Positions 38,820 to 49,300 of a stretch of DNA of 64,000 bases are shown piece by piece. Both the position numbers and the translations under genes were made by a program. The notes beneath the pieces were generated by a model. The model saw only the letters and a list, made by a program, of their open reading frames with translations, was not told the origin of the DNA and made no database searches. How positions within the stretch are numbered: position 1 is the stretch's first letter; every line of letters starts with the position of its first letter. The stretch comes from Promethearchaeia archaeon (GTDB taxonomy: Archaea; Asgardarchaeota; Lokiarchaeia; Sigyniarchaeales; SOKP01): positions 32,001 through 96,000 of the forward strand of contig JAHQWG010000025.1 of assembly GCA_029856045.1 (NCBI GenBank). The letters are read 5' to 3'.

Positions 38820-38994
38820 ATGCTTAGCTCTCACACCTGCTCAAACAGGTAAAAATAAACTATCTTCTGTTTTACCCATCGAGGGGCTATATGTAGCTGG
38901 AATCACTGCAGGAACGGATGCTCACGGAATTGGGACGCAGCTGGCCGCGGATTCGAGCATAAAATGCACAGATTTAATTTTACATCGTTGTTAA
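38820..38994 (+). pseudogene. C-terminal remnant of the same FAD oxidoreductase type (left boundary approximate)
   Basis: ALTPAQTG...LPIEGLYVAG..AG...GIGTQLAADS resembles the phytoene-desaturase-family C-terminal FAD motif. Confidence 0.72.
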
Positions 38995-39012
38995 TATTTT
39001 TCTGATATTCTT

Positions 39013-39855
39013 TCAAAAATCAATATATTCTTTTTTTCGTTTTGTGAATCGAACCAATTGATTAAAACCGTTCCTTTTTAATTCTGATAAAACATCTTTA
39101 AACATATACCCCACTTCACTTAAAAGATGTGCATCTGAACCTAATATTATTGATATATCCAAATTGTGCATTTCTCTAATTATTTCCCAACTAGGATATT
39201 GTTCTTTTACATCTTTTCGAAATCCACCTGTATTTATCTCAATAACCATATCATTTCTCTTTATGGATTTTAAGACTTTAATTACTTTCTCAAAAATTCT
39301 ATCATGGTTTTTAGGGAATTTTCTAAATTTTTTAGGTAAATCAAAATGTGCTACTACATCGAATAAATTTGACTCCACTAAATGAAGTAGTTTATCATAA
39401 TACTGTTCGTAAATCGAATCAATATCATAATTATTATAATTTTCGATGAAATATGGGTCATCAAAACACCATGCTCCTAATCTACTCATTAAAACATGGC
39501 ATGACCCAAAAACAAAATCTAATTTATCCGAAAATTTATTTAGTGCATTTGAGATCTCTACTTCTTGCCCTTTCATATAATCAACTTCAATTCCAAGTTT
39601 TACAGAAATTTTTTCACTATACTTAACTTTTAATCTCTCTGCTTCATTAATATAATCGGTAAATTCATCCATTGTCATAGCATATTTTTCAGTTGGGATG
39701 TTTTCAGGTAAGTAATACATTGGAAAATGATCACAAAAACCAATTTCACCCAATCCAATTTTAATTGCGGCTTTAACGTAATCTTCTAAATTTCCTTCTG
39801 CATGTCTACACAGTTGATTGTGAGTGTGATAATCAGATATATGCTTTAAATTCAT
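39013..39855 (-). CDS. hisK: Histidinol-phosphatase, PHP family (HisK/HisJ type)
   Basis: DYHTH, HA, CDHFP, GIEVD, GSCH, AHFDL, EINT, GSDAH. Confidence 0.85.
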   Translation of the reverse strand: MNLKHISDYHTHNQLCRHAEGNLEDYVKAAIKIGLGEIGFCDHFPMYYLPENIPTEKYAMTMDEFTDYINEAERLKVKYSEKISVKLGIEVDYMKGQEVEISNALNKFSDKLDFVFGSCHVLMSRLGAWCFDDPYFIENYNNYDIDSIYEQYYDKLLHLVESNLFDVVAHFDLPKKFRKFPKNHDRIFEKVIKVLKSIKRNDMVIEINTGGFRKDVKEQYPSWEIIREMHNLDISIILGSDAHLLSEVGYMFKDVLSELKRNGFNQLVRFTKRKKEYIDF

Positions 39856-40002
39856 TTTATGATGCCCAAATGGTGATTTATAAAAACCTCAAAATTTGTT
39901 ATTTATTTTATAAATTTAAGAGATTAGTTAAATGTTTCAAAAACCTTCAAAAGAAAAATTAAACGAATTAAGAACTATTTAAATATTTTATTATTAATAT
40001 AA

Positions 40003-40824
40003 ATGATGAGTTCTTTTAAAGAAAAAATTTTTGATGGACCATATGAAGTTGTGGAAATTCAAATAACGAATGAAGGAAAAAAATTTCGAGGGATAATCTA
40101 TTTCCCTGATAAAAATAAATTTAAAAAACCTTTTCCCGTTATTATCTATTTTCAAGGTTTCCCTCAAATTCTTCCATTTTTTCATATAATTCAAGAACTT
40201 AAATATTTATTAAATTTAGGATTCGCTATTATCCTTGTTTATTTAAGAGGGTATAAATTTAGTGAAGGAACTATATCTATTCAGGGGCAAATTTCTGATG
40301 GTTTGAAAATAATTGATTTTCTTGAATTAATGGCAAAAAAATCTGTTATTGATAATAAATATATAAATATATTAGCTCGGGATTTTGGAGCTTTTATTTC
40401 ACTTGCGATTTCTTCAAAAATTGATAAAATAAATTATTTGGGAATTTTAAATCCAATATTAGATGTATCTAAGCATATTGAAAGTAAAAAATTTCACGAA
40501 ACTCTGAACTATATTAATAAATTTTTGCCAGGGATGATTCATGGAATAGAAAATGTAGACAAATTTATAAAAAATACAATAATAGAACTTAGAGATTATC
40601 CGATTCAAAAAATTATTTCTCATTTGAATGCCAAGAAAATTATGGTAATTCTTGGAGAAAAAGATAAAATAACACCTTTAGAGGAATTTTACAGAATTTT
40701 TAATAATTGCAATGTCTCATTTATAGAAGTAATTATTGATAAAATGGAACACGAACCTGCATTTGAGATAGAAAAAAATTTAATTGAACAAGAATTCTCA
40801 ACATTTTTTAAAGAATTAATTTAA
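40003..40824 (+). CDS. Alpha/beta hydrolase fold protein with Asp at the nucleophile elbow
   Basis: PVIIYFQGFP, LRGYKFSEG, ARDFGA elbow, GEKDKITP, MEH. Confidence 0.72.
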   Translation: MMSSFKEKIFDGPYEVVEIQITNEGKKFRGIIYFPDKNKFKKPFPVIIYFQGFPQILPFFHIIQELKYLLNLGFAIILVYLRGYKFSEGTISIQGQISDGLKIIDFLELMAKKSVIDNKYINILARDFGAFISLAISSKIDKINYLGILNPILDVSKHIESKKFHETLNYINKFLPGMIHGIENVDKFIKNTIIELRDYPIQKIISHLNAKKIMVILGEKDKITPLEEFYRIFNNCNVSFIEVIIDKMEHEPAFEIEKNLIEQEFSTFFKELI

Positions 40825-40908
40825 ATAAAAACGATTTTATTTCATTAAAAATGAATTTAATTATATTTTTCATTTTATTATTTCACTTAAAAAAGTAAAT
40901 TATTCAAA

Positions 40909-42813
40909 ATGACACAATTTGAAATACGTTTTCAACCTGATGGAAGGAGGATTAATGTAGAACAAGGAATTTCGGTTCTTGAAGCAATTAATTTAACCGG
41001 GATTGATCTTGTTTCTCTTTGCGGTGGTAAAGGAACATGTGGAAAATGCAAAATTATCATAGAAAAGGGAGAAATAAAAGAATCCTTAACAGAAAAAGAG
41101 AAAGAATTTTTGACAAAAGATCAGATTGATGAAAATTATCGATTAGCTTGTCAAATTAAGGTATTTAATGATTTGATAATAAGAATTCCTGAAGCAAGTC
41201 GAACTGGAAAACAAAGATTGCAAATTGAAGGGATTAAAGCACCGGTAAAAGTAGAACCGTTAATAAAAAAATTTTTTATACAGCTTAATAAACCTTCATT
41301 AGATGAACCCAAATCAGATGTTGATCGTTTAAATGATTATATTCTAAAAAAATTTGGAATTTCAAAATTAAAATTTAATATTGATGCATTGAAATCCCTT
41401 GGCACGGTAATTCGAGAAGATAATTATAAATTTACTGTGTGCATTTGGAATAATTCAGAAATTATAACAATAGAACCAGGAGATACTACTGAAAAAATAT
41501 TTGGCTATGCTGTAGATATTGGAACAACTAAATTAGCTGGTTATCTTATTAATTTGACCAACGGAGATGTTTTAGCAGCTGGAGGTTTGATGAACCCACA
41601 AATTCGCTTTGGAGAGGATGTAATTTCAAGAATAGCATATAAAGATCCTCAGCAAATGCATAGTGTTGTTATTGAGGGACTCAATGAACTTTTGATAGAT
41701 TTAACTAACAGAGTTTCAATTGATTTAGAAAATATTTATGAGATGACAGCAGTCGGAAATACTTGTATGCATCATATTTTCCTAAACTTAAATGCGAAGC
41801 AATTAGGTTATTCACCCTATGTCCCAGTTGTAAGAAACGGCCTAAGCATTAAAAATGATAAAATTGGAATGAAACTTAACAGATTCGGAAAAATTTATAC
41901 ACTCCCAGTTGTAGCAGGTTTTGTAGGTGCGGATACAATCGGTGTGATATTAGCCTCTGAGATATATAAACATGATGAGCTATGTATGGCTTTAGATATA
42001 GGTACAAACACTGAAGTAGTTTTGGGTAATAAAGACCGTATTTTAGCTTGTGCTTGTGCTTCAGGTCCCGCTTTTGAAGGAGCACATATTAAGTTTGGTA
42101 TGCGTGCTGCAAATGGTGCAATTGAAAAAATAAAAATAGACCCTGAAACATTAGAACCTACTTATCTTACAATTGATAATGTCAAACCTCGAGGCATTTG
42201 TGGCTCAGCAATTGTTGATATTCCTGCAGAAATGTTAAAAACCAAAATAATCAATTTAAGAGGAAAAATAAACAAGAATCTTGAATCAGATAGAATAAGA
42301 CAAGGTGATAATGGATACGAATATGTACTTGTATGGGGCAGAAATTCTTTCTCAAAGAGAGATATAACTATAAGTCAAAAAGATATTGGAGAAATAATTT
42401 TAGCAAAAGCAGCAATGCATACTGGAACAGAAATATTGATGCAAAAATTTGGGGTAAAGGATGATAATATTGATAATTTATTTATTGCAGGAGCATTTGG
42501 GACGCATATTGACATAGAAAACGCAAGAATGATTGGAATATACCCAGAGATTTCTCTTGATAAGATAAAAAGAGTAGGAAATGCTGCCGGTACTGGCTCT
42601 CGAATGTGTTTAGTTTCAAAAACAATGAGAAAGTTAGCCGAGGAGATGTCTAAAAAAATTGAGTATATTGAATTAGCAGTTCAACCTAATTTTCAAAGTA
42701 TTTTCTTAAATTCTCATTATTTACCTTATGCAGATTTGGCACGATATCCAATAACTACCAAATTTTTAAAAAAAATTGGAAATTATTCTGAAAAAAAAAT
42801 TAGAATTTTTTAA
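40909..42813 (+). CDS. Reductive activator of corrinoid proteins (RACo/AcsV-like; 2Fe-2S plus ASKHA ATPase)
   Basis: CGGKGTCGKC...RLACQ, VDIGTT, NPQ..FGEDVISRI, DIGTNTE, SGPAFEG, GICGS, AGAFG, GNAAG. Confidence 0.92.
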   Translation: MTQFEIRFQPDGRRINVEQGISVLEAINLTGIDLVSLCGGKGTCGKCKIIIEKGEIKESLTEKEKEFLTKDQIDENYRLACQIKVFNDLIIRIPEASRTGKQRLQIEGIKAPVKVEPLIKKFFIQLNKPSLDEPKSDVDRLNDYILKKFGISKLKFNIDALKSLGTVIREDNYKFTVCIWNNSEIITIEPGDTTEKIFGYAVDIGTTKLAGYLINLTNGDVLAAGGLMNPQIRFGEDVISRIAYKDPQQMHSVVIEGLNELLIDLTNRVSIDLENIYEMTAVGNTCMHHIFLNLNAKQLGYSPYVPVVRNGLSIKNDKIGMKLNRFGKIYTLPVVAGFVGADTIGVILASEIYKHDELCMALDIGTNTEVVLGNKDRILACACASGPAFEGAHIKFGMRAANGAIEKIKIDPETLEPTYLTIDNVKPRGICGSAIVDIPAEMLKTKIINLRGKINKNLESDRIRQGDNGYEYVLVWGRNSFSKRDITISQKDIGEIILAKAAMHTGTEILMQKFGVKDDNIDNLFIAGAFGTHIDIENARMIGIYPEISLDKIKRVGNAAGTGSRMCLVSKTMRKLAEEMSKKIEYIELAVQPNFQSIFLNSHYLPYADLARYPITTKFLKKIGNYSEKKIRIF

Positions 42814-42827
42814 AATGATTTCAAATC

Positions 42828-43487
42828 ATGAGGAAAATAATAAATAAATTGTATCATGTTGGAGATTCTGGTTGTTCAATTTTTATGGTAAATTCAGGAT
42901 CTGAAGGAGGTTTAGTTCTAATAGATTGCGGAATGAACATTAATTTAATTCAAAAGATTAAAAATGAGGGATTCAAGCCAAGAAATATAAAGCATTGTTT
43001 CTTGACACATTGTCACATTGATCATATCGCAGCATGCAGCGATTTATTAGCTATTGCACCAGATGTAAAATTTTATGCTCATGAATTAGATGCGGATGCT
43101 ATAGAAAATAAAGGGTTTAATAACAAAACCGCAGCTAGCTGGTATAATGTAAATTATCAACCAATTAAATTGTTCAGAAGAATTAAAGAAGTAGAAGAAG
43201 ATTTTTCTATTGGGGATTATATTTTTAAAAGTATACACACTCCTGGTCATACTCCAGGATCAATTTCTATTTATGTAAAAATGGGTGATAAAGGAGTACT
43301 ATTTGGGCAAGATATTCATGGACCTTTTATGGCAAGTTTTGGTTCGAATTTAGAGGATTATCAAAAATCTATGCAAAAATTATTAGACTTAAATGCTGAT
43401 ATTTTATGTGAAGGGCATTTCGGTGTTTTTAAACCAGCAGAAAAGGTGAGAAAATATATTAAAGATTATATGGAAAGCAATCGATGA
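42828..43487 (+). CDS. Metallo-beta-lactamase fold hydrolase (glyoxalase II-like)
   Basis: THCHIDH, TPGHTPGS, GQD, CEGH. Confidence 0.9.
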   Translation: MRKIINKLYHVGDSGCSIFMVNSGSEGGLVLIDCGMNINLIQKIKNEGFKPRNIKHCFLTHCHIDHIAACSDLLAIAPDVKFYAHELDADAIENKGFNNKTAASWYNVNYQPIKLFRRIKEVEEDFSIGDYIFKSIHTPGHTPGSISIYVKMGDKGVLFGQDIHGPFMASFGSNLEDYQKSMQKLLDLNADILCEGHFGVFKPAEKVRKYIKDYMESNR

Positions 43488-43529
43488 TTACTATGAAAAA
43501 AATTCAAAAAAAAAGAAATTTTTATTGAT

Positions 43530-44528
43530 TTATGAAGCTCGGTTAAAATCAAGAAGTGATTTATTAAAAATCAAACGTTCTATCCAAGTACTTTGAATTC
43601 TTTCGAACATTTTTTTTTCATATTTCAAATTCGAGAGATTTAGTATTTGAGCAAAGATTTCAGAAGGAATCAATATTACATTAGAGCTATTTCTTTTCTT
43701 AATTAACTCATCTAAAGATACAGGTTTATCTAATTGTACAATTTTAAGATTAGGATTAGATGTGTTGTAATATTTCTTAAATTTTCGCCAAGCATTATAG
43801 TATATATTTCGCGTATCAAAACCTTCCATATTATTTGGTCTCCCCAACTTCTTGAGATGATCTCGATATTTTCTTTTAATAAACTTAATTCTACTTTCTT
43901 CAGATTGTATTTCTCTAATTTCTCCATTAACTAATGAATTTTTATTAAATGGGATAAGAAAACCTGTATGGATCAACATAAATTTTGGTGGATAAACCTG
44001 ACCTACTGTAATTTTTGTGGATAATTCTGGATCGCTACTAGCAATTGCGAAATATTTAGTTAATTGTGCAATTTCAGCCTCTCCCACAATGGTTTTACTA
44101 AAATAAGCCTTAAGTTCAATATAACATAAATACTTTCCTTTTGTCAATAGCATATCTGGAGTATTTTGATTTAAACTAGGTTCAATTTCAATTTCATAAC
44201 TTAATTTTTTAAAGTAGTTAGAAACAATTTGCATAAGACATTCTTCACGCTGCTTCTGAGCACTTTCAGGATCTTGGCCACCAAGTTCGCTAATTATTTT
44301 CCATATGCTAAGATCATTTTTTGATTTCCAAGAGTCCTTATTAGAAGAAACTAAAGTTTTAAATACAGTATCTTGTTTGTTTTCTTTTTTGAAAAATCTC
44401 AATGCGATTTTATCTTTGACGTACCCCTTTTGATAAGTAAAAATTGTAGGAGTTCGCGGTTTATTATCCATTTTTAATCGAATTTTTTTTGAAACTGGTC
44501 GAAAACGCATTGAATCTGATTTACCCAT
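43530..44528 (-). CDS. PD-(D/E)xK nuclease-fold protein; start probably 44528 or later because the ORF-track start overlaps the PAP2 gene
   Basis: QREE...YF..L.YEIEIEP....TPDML......IELKAY...EIAQL.KY. Confidence 0.68.
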   Translation of the reverse strand: MGKSDSMRFRPVSKKIRLKMDNKPRTPTIFTYQKGYVKDKIALRFFKKENKQDTVFKTLVSSNKDSWKSKNDLSIWKIISELGGQDPESAQKQREECLMQIVSNYFKKLSYEIEIEPSLNQNTPDMLLTKGKYLCYIELKAYFSKTIVGEAEIAQLTKYFAIASSDPELSTKITVGQVYPPKFMLIHTGFLIPFNKNSLVNGEIREIQSEESRIKFIKRKYRDHLKKLGRPNNMEGFDTRNIYYNAWRKFKKYYNTSNPNLKIVQLDKPVSLDELIKKRNSSNVILIPSEIFAQILNLSNLKYEKKMFERIQSTWIERLIFNKSLLDFNRAS

Positions 44529-44589
44529 ATAAAATTTATAACTATTCATTACCAAAAAAATTATTGGAAAAAGATGAAAAAAAAATATT

Positions 44590-45453
44590 TTAATTGCTTT
44601 TGGTAGAGAAATAATATTTTTTATATAAAAAGAGAAATACAATCGAAGCCATTCCAGCCGAGAATAAAGTGTCAGAAGCATAATGGGCTCCAATTACTAT
44701 TCTACCTAACGCTTCAATAATGCCCCCAGCTATAACTATTATTGATATAAAATATTTTATTTTTTTATCTTTATTTAAGACTAAAAGAATTAATGGTAGT
44801 AACATAAATCCCATAGCAGTGTGACCTGAAGGAAATGATTGATTACCAGTATAACCTTGAGGAATATACCAGGGAGTGAATTCTGGATAACCTGGAGGTG
44901 TTAGATTCCTAAATCTTACCCTTCCCCAGAGGAGTTTGACTATCTGAACAAAAATCAAAGGATTAATTATAGCTAATAACAGTGTTATTTGTCCAAATTT
45001 TATATATGGGTGAAATTTATCTGAAGGGATTTTTTTAAAAACAAAATGTAATATTAATCCTATAACAATTCCGAGAGCAGGGATTAGAAAATATTCATAA
45101 ATTCCAATATTTAATAGATTTCCTTCTGAGACTAACTCATCAATTACTCTATATAAAAGTAAAACAATCGCAATTATGATTGTTGCAATGAAAATTATAT
45201 ATTTCCCCTTTCCTGATCTATTAACACTTCCAATAAGAACATATATACTTATAAAAACCATTATCCAACCAGGATATTCACCATAATCTGCAATAAATTT
45301 AGCCCAGATTGAATTTTCATCTACAATTCCTATAGAAATCTGGAGATCAGTGAAACCAAAAATTATAGCCAATACAATCCAGATTAAAATTATTGGGATT
45401 ACAAGTTTTCTGGCGAAACTATCTTTCCATTCCGATTCTTCTTTTTCTTCCAT
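44590..45453 (-). CDS. PAP2-family membrane phosphatase
   Basis: C1 KLLWGRVR, C2 SFPSGH, C3 GRIVIGAHYASD; multiple TM helices. Confidence 0.9.
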   Translation of the reverse strand: MEEKEESEWKDSFARKLVIPIILIWIVLAIIFGFTDLQISIGIVDENSIWAKFIADYGEYPGWIMVFISIYVLIGSVNRSGKGKYIIFIATIIIAIVLLLYRVIDELVSEGNLLNIGIYEYFLIPALGIVIGLILHFVFKKIPSDKFHPYIKFGQITLLLAIINPLIFVQIVKLLWGRVRFRNLTPPGYPEFTPWYIPQGYTGNQSFPSGHTAMGFMLLPLILLVLNKDKKIKYFISIIVIAGGIIEALGRIVIGAHYASDTLFSAGMASIVFLFLYKKYYFSTKSN

Positions 45454-45530
45454 TTATTACACTGTTAATTCCTTTTTATTGATAATTAAATCCTTCTTAA
45501 TTTAAATTATTAATGAATAATTGTATTATT

Positions 45531-46736
45531 TTAAAACAATAGTGTTATAATAATTTGATAAATTAAATTTGGATTTTTTTTTAAAATTCGGAATAAAAAT
45601 TTTAAAAAAGTAAAATTTTTTACCAATTTAAAAATTAAATTCCTTGGAAAATCCATATCTCCATATAATGAAATTATTTTTTCGATTTTTGTAGTTTTAA
45701 TAATTATAAACAAATCATCAAAGTCATCTGAATGAAAATTCTCAAAGATAATTCTAATTAAATAATTGATCTTTAATTGCTTTCCAATAGTTCGAGCACA
45801 TACTTTCTCATAATTCTTTTTTATGAAATTTTTAGAAAAACAGTTTTCTTTAAAACATTTAATTATGCATGTTGCAGCAATTTTAGATGCACTTAAAAGC
45901 ATTACTATACCTCCACCTGTAGTAGCTTTAACTTGGCATGCAGAATCTCCTAATAGAAGAATGTTATCAAATGCCATTTTATTCATCTTACCTATTGGAA
46001 TAATACCCCCTTGCTGAGAAATTTTATTTCTAACATCTATATTTAATTGGTTTAAAAAAATCTTAAATTTCTTCGAAATATTTCTTGAAGACGCTAATCC
46101 AATTCGATATATATTATTTCCTTCAGGAACAATCCATCCAAAGAGTTCCTTCCATTGAGAATCAAAATATAAATTTGTTTTATTTTCATCAAAATTTCCT
46201 TTTATTCGAATTTGAATAGCAGAAATGGTATTATTTTGAATACCTAATAATTTTCCAACAGTTGATATTGGACCATCACATGCAACTAGAATTTTTGCCG
46301 AAATTATTCTTTTTGTTGTTTTAATCTGAATTATTTTTTGGTTATTTCCTTTCAAATAGTGAAAGGTTTTAAATTTCTCATCGAGAAAATATTCAATATT
46401 TTGTTTAATGATGTTTTTTTTATAAAATAAGCGGTCTAATGCAATTCTATCGATAATATATGGTTCTTCATCACCAGATAATTCAATAGATCTACCAGAG
46501 GGACTAAAAATCTTGGCTGTTTTAACTCGATTTAAGATGATCTCTTCAGGAACATCTATCAATTGAGTTAGCTTTTTTGATATAATTCCTGCACATTGTA
46601 ATGGTATTCCAACCTCCTTATGCTCCTCAATTACTACTACATTTAAACCTGCCCTTGAAAGTAAATGTGCTAAGTAATTTCCTGCTATACTAGCCCCGAT
46701 GATACATACATCATAAATCTTGCTAAAATTATTCAT
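45531..46736 (-). CDS. Geranylgeranyl reductase family (archaeal lipid saturation)
   Basis: DVCIIGASIAG, PLQCAG, DRIALDR, FGWIVP, LLGDSACQVKATTGGGI. Confidence 0.88.
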   Translation of the reverse strand: MNNFSKIYDVCIIGASIAGNYLAHLLSRAGLNVVVIEEHKEVGIPLQCAGIISKKLTQLIDVPEEIILNRVKTAKIFSPSGRSIELSGDEEPYIIDRIALDRLFYKKNIIKQNIEYFLDEKFKTFHYLKGNNQKIIQIKTTKRIISAKILVACDGPISTVGKLLGIQNNTISAIQIRIKGNFDENKTNLYFDSQWKELFGWIVPEGNNIYRIGLASSRNISKKFKIFLNQLNIDVRNKISQQGGIIPIGKMNKMAFDNILLLGDSACQVKATTGGGIVMLLSASKIAATCIIKCFKENCFSKNFIKKNYEKVCARTIGKQLKINYLIRIIFENFHSDDFDDLFIIIKTTKIEKIISLYGDMDFPRNLIFKLVKNFTFLKFLFRILKKNPNLIYQIIITLLF

Positions 46737-46819
46737 TTTATACTTTATTTTTACTGCTAACTAAGCAAAAAATTAAGTCTAATAAAAATAGTTGATTGTA
46801 AGATAAAAATTCTTAAAAT

Positions 46820-47275
46820 TTATTCCTTTTCGAAAGCTTTTTTTCCCAGATAAATAAATAGTTCTACAATTTCAAATGTAGTCAAAGGCTTTATTAAATT
46901 AGCCATATTGAGTCGTTCGTCCACTTGCGAAAAATCCGATGTTATTAACTTTTTAATATCTTCAACATAGTCGTCCATATCTAAAAATAATATCTCAATC
47001 TTATCTACCCCAGTTAATTCTGAAATCTCTTTATCTAAATGTTTTTCAATTTCATTCAAAAGACCTAATTTATATTTAACAGGTAAATCGCAATATTTTA
47101 TCAATCGATTCATTTCATCTATAACAATTTTCAGCGTTAAATGCCAATCGGCATTATCTTTATATTGAGGGATTAAAACTTCGGAAATTATCGTTTCATA
47201 GAGGTTTTTCGGCTCTTTAGCATCAAACTCCAATTCTGTGCCGGTCGATATTTTAACTTTCTTTTTTTCTGACAT
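46820..47275 (-). CDS. Hypothetical acidic helical protein
   Basis: 151-aa ORF with protein-like composition; no motif recognised. Confidence 0.7.
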   Translation of the reverse strand: MSEKKKVKISTGTELEFDAKEPKNLYETIISEVLIPQYKDNADWHLTLKIVIDEMNRLIKYCDLPVKYKLGLLNEIEKHLDKEISELTGVDKIEILFLDMDDYVEDIKKLITSDFSQVDERLNMANLIKPLTTFEIVELFIYLGKKAFEKE

Positions 47276-47426
47276 AATTCATTCTCAATTCTTTTATCTA
47301 TAATATTTTATTAAAACACTGAAATATTAAATTAGCTTCTACCTTTTTTATTTTTAGGATTTTATCCATTGAATATAATAATAATTATAATTTTAATAAG
47401 CTACTAAAAAAAGTTTTGGAAGTATC

Positions 47427-49250
47427 ATGCCGATTTATACTGGTGGAGAAATAATAGTTAAATATTTAATTAAAGAAAAGGTTCCATATGTAGTAGGGAT
47501 CCCTGGGCACGGAAATCTCGGCCTCGTTGATGCATTTTATAAGAATAGAGATTCTATAAAAGTAATTCAACCTAAACAAGAAAATTGTGCTGTTCACTTA
47601 GCAGTTGGATATTATAGAGTTACAGGGCAACCATTAGCTGTTTTTACTTCAATTGGTCCTGGAGCTATTAATACGGCAATTGGATTGGCTGACGCATATG
47701 TCGACTCTATGCCTGTTTTAGTAATAACTGGTGATACTCATGTACATATGAGGGGTAAAGGAGTACTTCAAGAAATTGAAAGAAAAAGAGATTCAGATTT
47801 TCCTCGTATATTAGAACCATTATGTAAGCGAACTTGGCAAGTTGCAAAAGTTAATCAACTCCCAACTATAATGCAACGTGCATTTAATCATATGCTAACT
47901 GGAAGAAGGGGTCCTGTCCATATCGATTTACCGATGGATGTTCAGTCAAATTCTATTGATTGCGAAATTCCCGAACCGTTGGAAAGACGATCTATGGGTA
48001 AATTATTAGGAGATCCAGATTTAATAGAAAAATCAATTGACTTAATCAAGACATCAAAACGTCCAGTAATACTACTTGGTGGTGGCGCCGTTATGTCAGG
48101 TGCGTTTAAAGAAATAAAAACTCTTGCAGAAAAAATTGGAGCAGCCGTAATTACAACTATGATGGGAAAGAGTGCATTTCCAAATGATCATTCATTATTC
48201 GCATGGCATACTGGTTCTAAAGGAACTACTTGTGGATTAGAGTTAAGCTCTAAATCTGATATTTTGATAGCAATTGGCTGTAGATTTGCAGACCAAACTG
48301 CATCATCATATAAACAGGGCGTTAGTTTCAGCATTCCTCCAACTAAATTAATTCAAATAGACATAGATCCTTCAGAAATCGGTAAAAATTATCCGGTATC
48401 GGTAGGAATCGTAGGAGATGCCAAAGCAGTTATAAAACAATTACTGGATAAATTAAATAAACAAAATTATGGAGTAGATTATAAAAATACTTCATATTAT
48501 AGTGAGATTCAGTCTTTAAAAGACAAGTGGTTTAGGTTTTTAGATGATTTTCGAGATGATTCAAAAGTTCCTGTAATGATTTCAACCGCTTTAAAAGAAA
48601 TTCGAAAATTTTTCAAGAGAGATGCAATAATAATAACCAGTTCAGGAAATGTGCAAGCCCAAATGTTACAAGAACTCCCATTCTATGAACCTAAAACTTG
48701 CATAACAGCAGGTGGATTTTCGACGATGGGTTATACATTACCAGCAGCAATCGGTGCAAAATTAGGTGTTAATGATTTAGGAAAGTCAGAAACAGAAGTC
48801 GTTGGACTCGTAGGAGATGGTGATTTTATGATGAGCATGCAAGAATTATCAACTGTTGCTCAATTAAAACTAACTAATTTCTTCATAATAATCTTTAATA
48901 ACATGGGATGGATTGCAATAAAGGATTTACAACAAGTAGCCTACGAAGAGGAAAGAGCTTGGGCTAATGATTTCTATGATACTGATGGAAAAATTTATAC
49001 TCCGAATTTTGCAAATGTAGCGAAAGCATTCGGTTGTTATGGTGAGAGGATATCTAAAAAAGAAGAAATAATACCCACGTTAAATAAAGCCGCAGAATCA
49101 GGAAAGCCCGCTGTAATCGAGATAATGGTGAATCGTGAATTTCCATATTCTGGCTCACCTGCAGTTGGTTGGTGGGACGTACCTAAGCCAACATATCTTA
49201 AAGAACAACGTAGAAAATATGAAGAAGAGATTAAAGAAGAAAAATTATAA
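47427..49250 (+). CDS. ThDP-dependent enzyme (acetolactate synthase-like superfamily; IolD-like GHGN motif)
   Basis: GIPGHGN, QE catalytic Glu, TSIGPG, GPVHIDLP, MGYTLPAAIG, GDGDF...NN. Confidence 0.88.
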   Translation: MPIYTGGEIIVKYLIKEKVPYVVGIPGHGNLGLVDAFYKNRDSIKVIQPKQENCAVHLAVGYYRVTGQPLAVFTSIGPGAINTAIGLADAYVDSMPVLVITGDTHVHMRGKGVLQEIERKRDSDFPRILEPLCKRTWQVAKVNQLPTIMQRAFNHMLTGRRGPVHIDLPMDVQSNSIDCEIPEPLERRSMGKLLGDPDLIEKSIDLIKTSKRPVILLGGGAVMSGAFKEIKTLAEKIGAAVITTMMGKSAFPNDHSLFAWHTGSKGTTCGLELSSKSDILIAIGCRFADQTASSYKQGVSFSIPPTKLIQIDIDPSEIGKNYPVSVGIVGDAKAVIKQLLDKLNKQNYGVDYKNTSYYSEIQSLKDKWFRFLDDFRDDSKVPVMISTALKEIRKFFKRDAIIITSSGNVQAQMLQELPFYEPKTCITAGGFSTMGYTLPAAIGAKLGVNDLGKSETEVVGLVGDGDFMMSMQELSTVAQLKLTNFFIIIFNNMGWIAIKDLQQVAYEEERAWANDFYDTDGKIYTPNFANVAKAFGCYGERISKKEEIIPTLNKAAESGKPAVIEIMVNREFPYSGSPAVGWWDVPKPTYLKEQRRKYEEEIKEEKL

Positions 49251-49300
49251 ATATGAATTAAAAATAGTATGGTAAGCTTCCGCCGGTTATAGGTAATATA

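Noticed and set aside
44529-44693. N-terminal extension of the nuclease ORF overlapping the PAP2 gene
   Set aside because: About 100 bp of same-strand overlap with low-complexity translation; downstream ATGs give a more plausible start.
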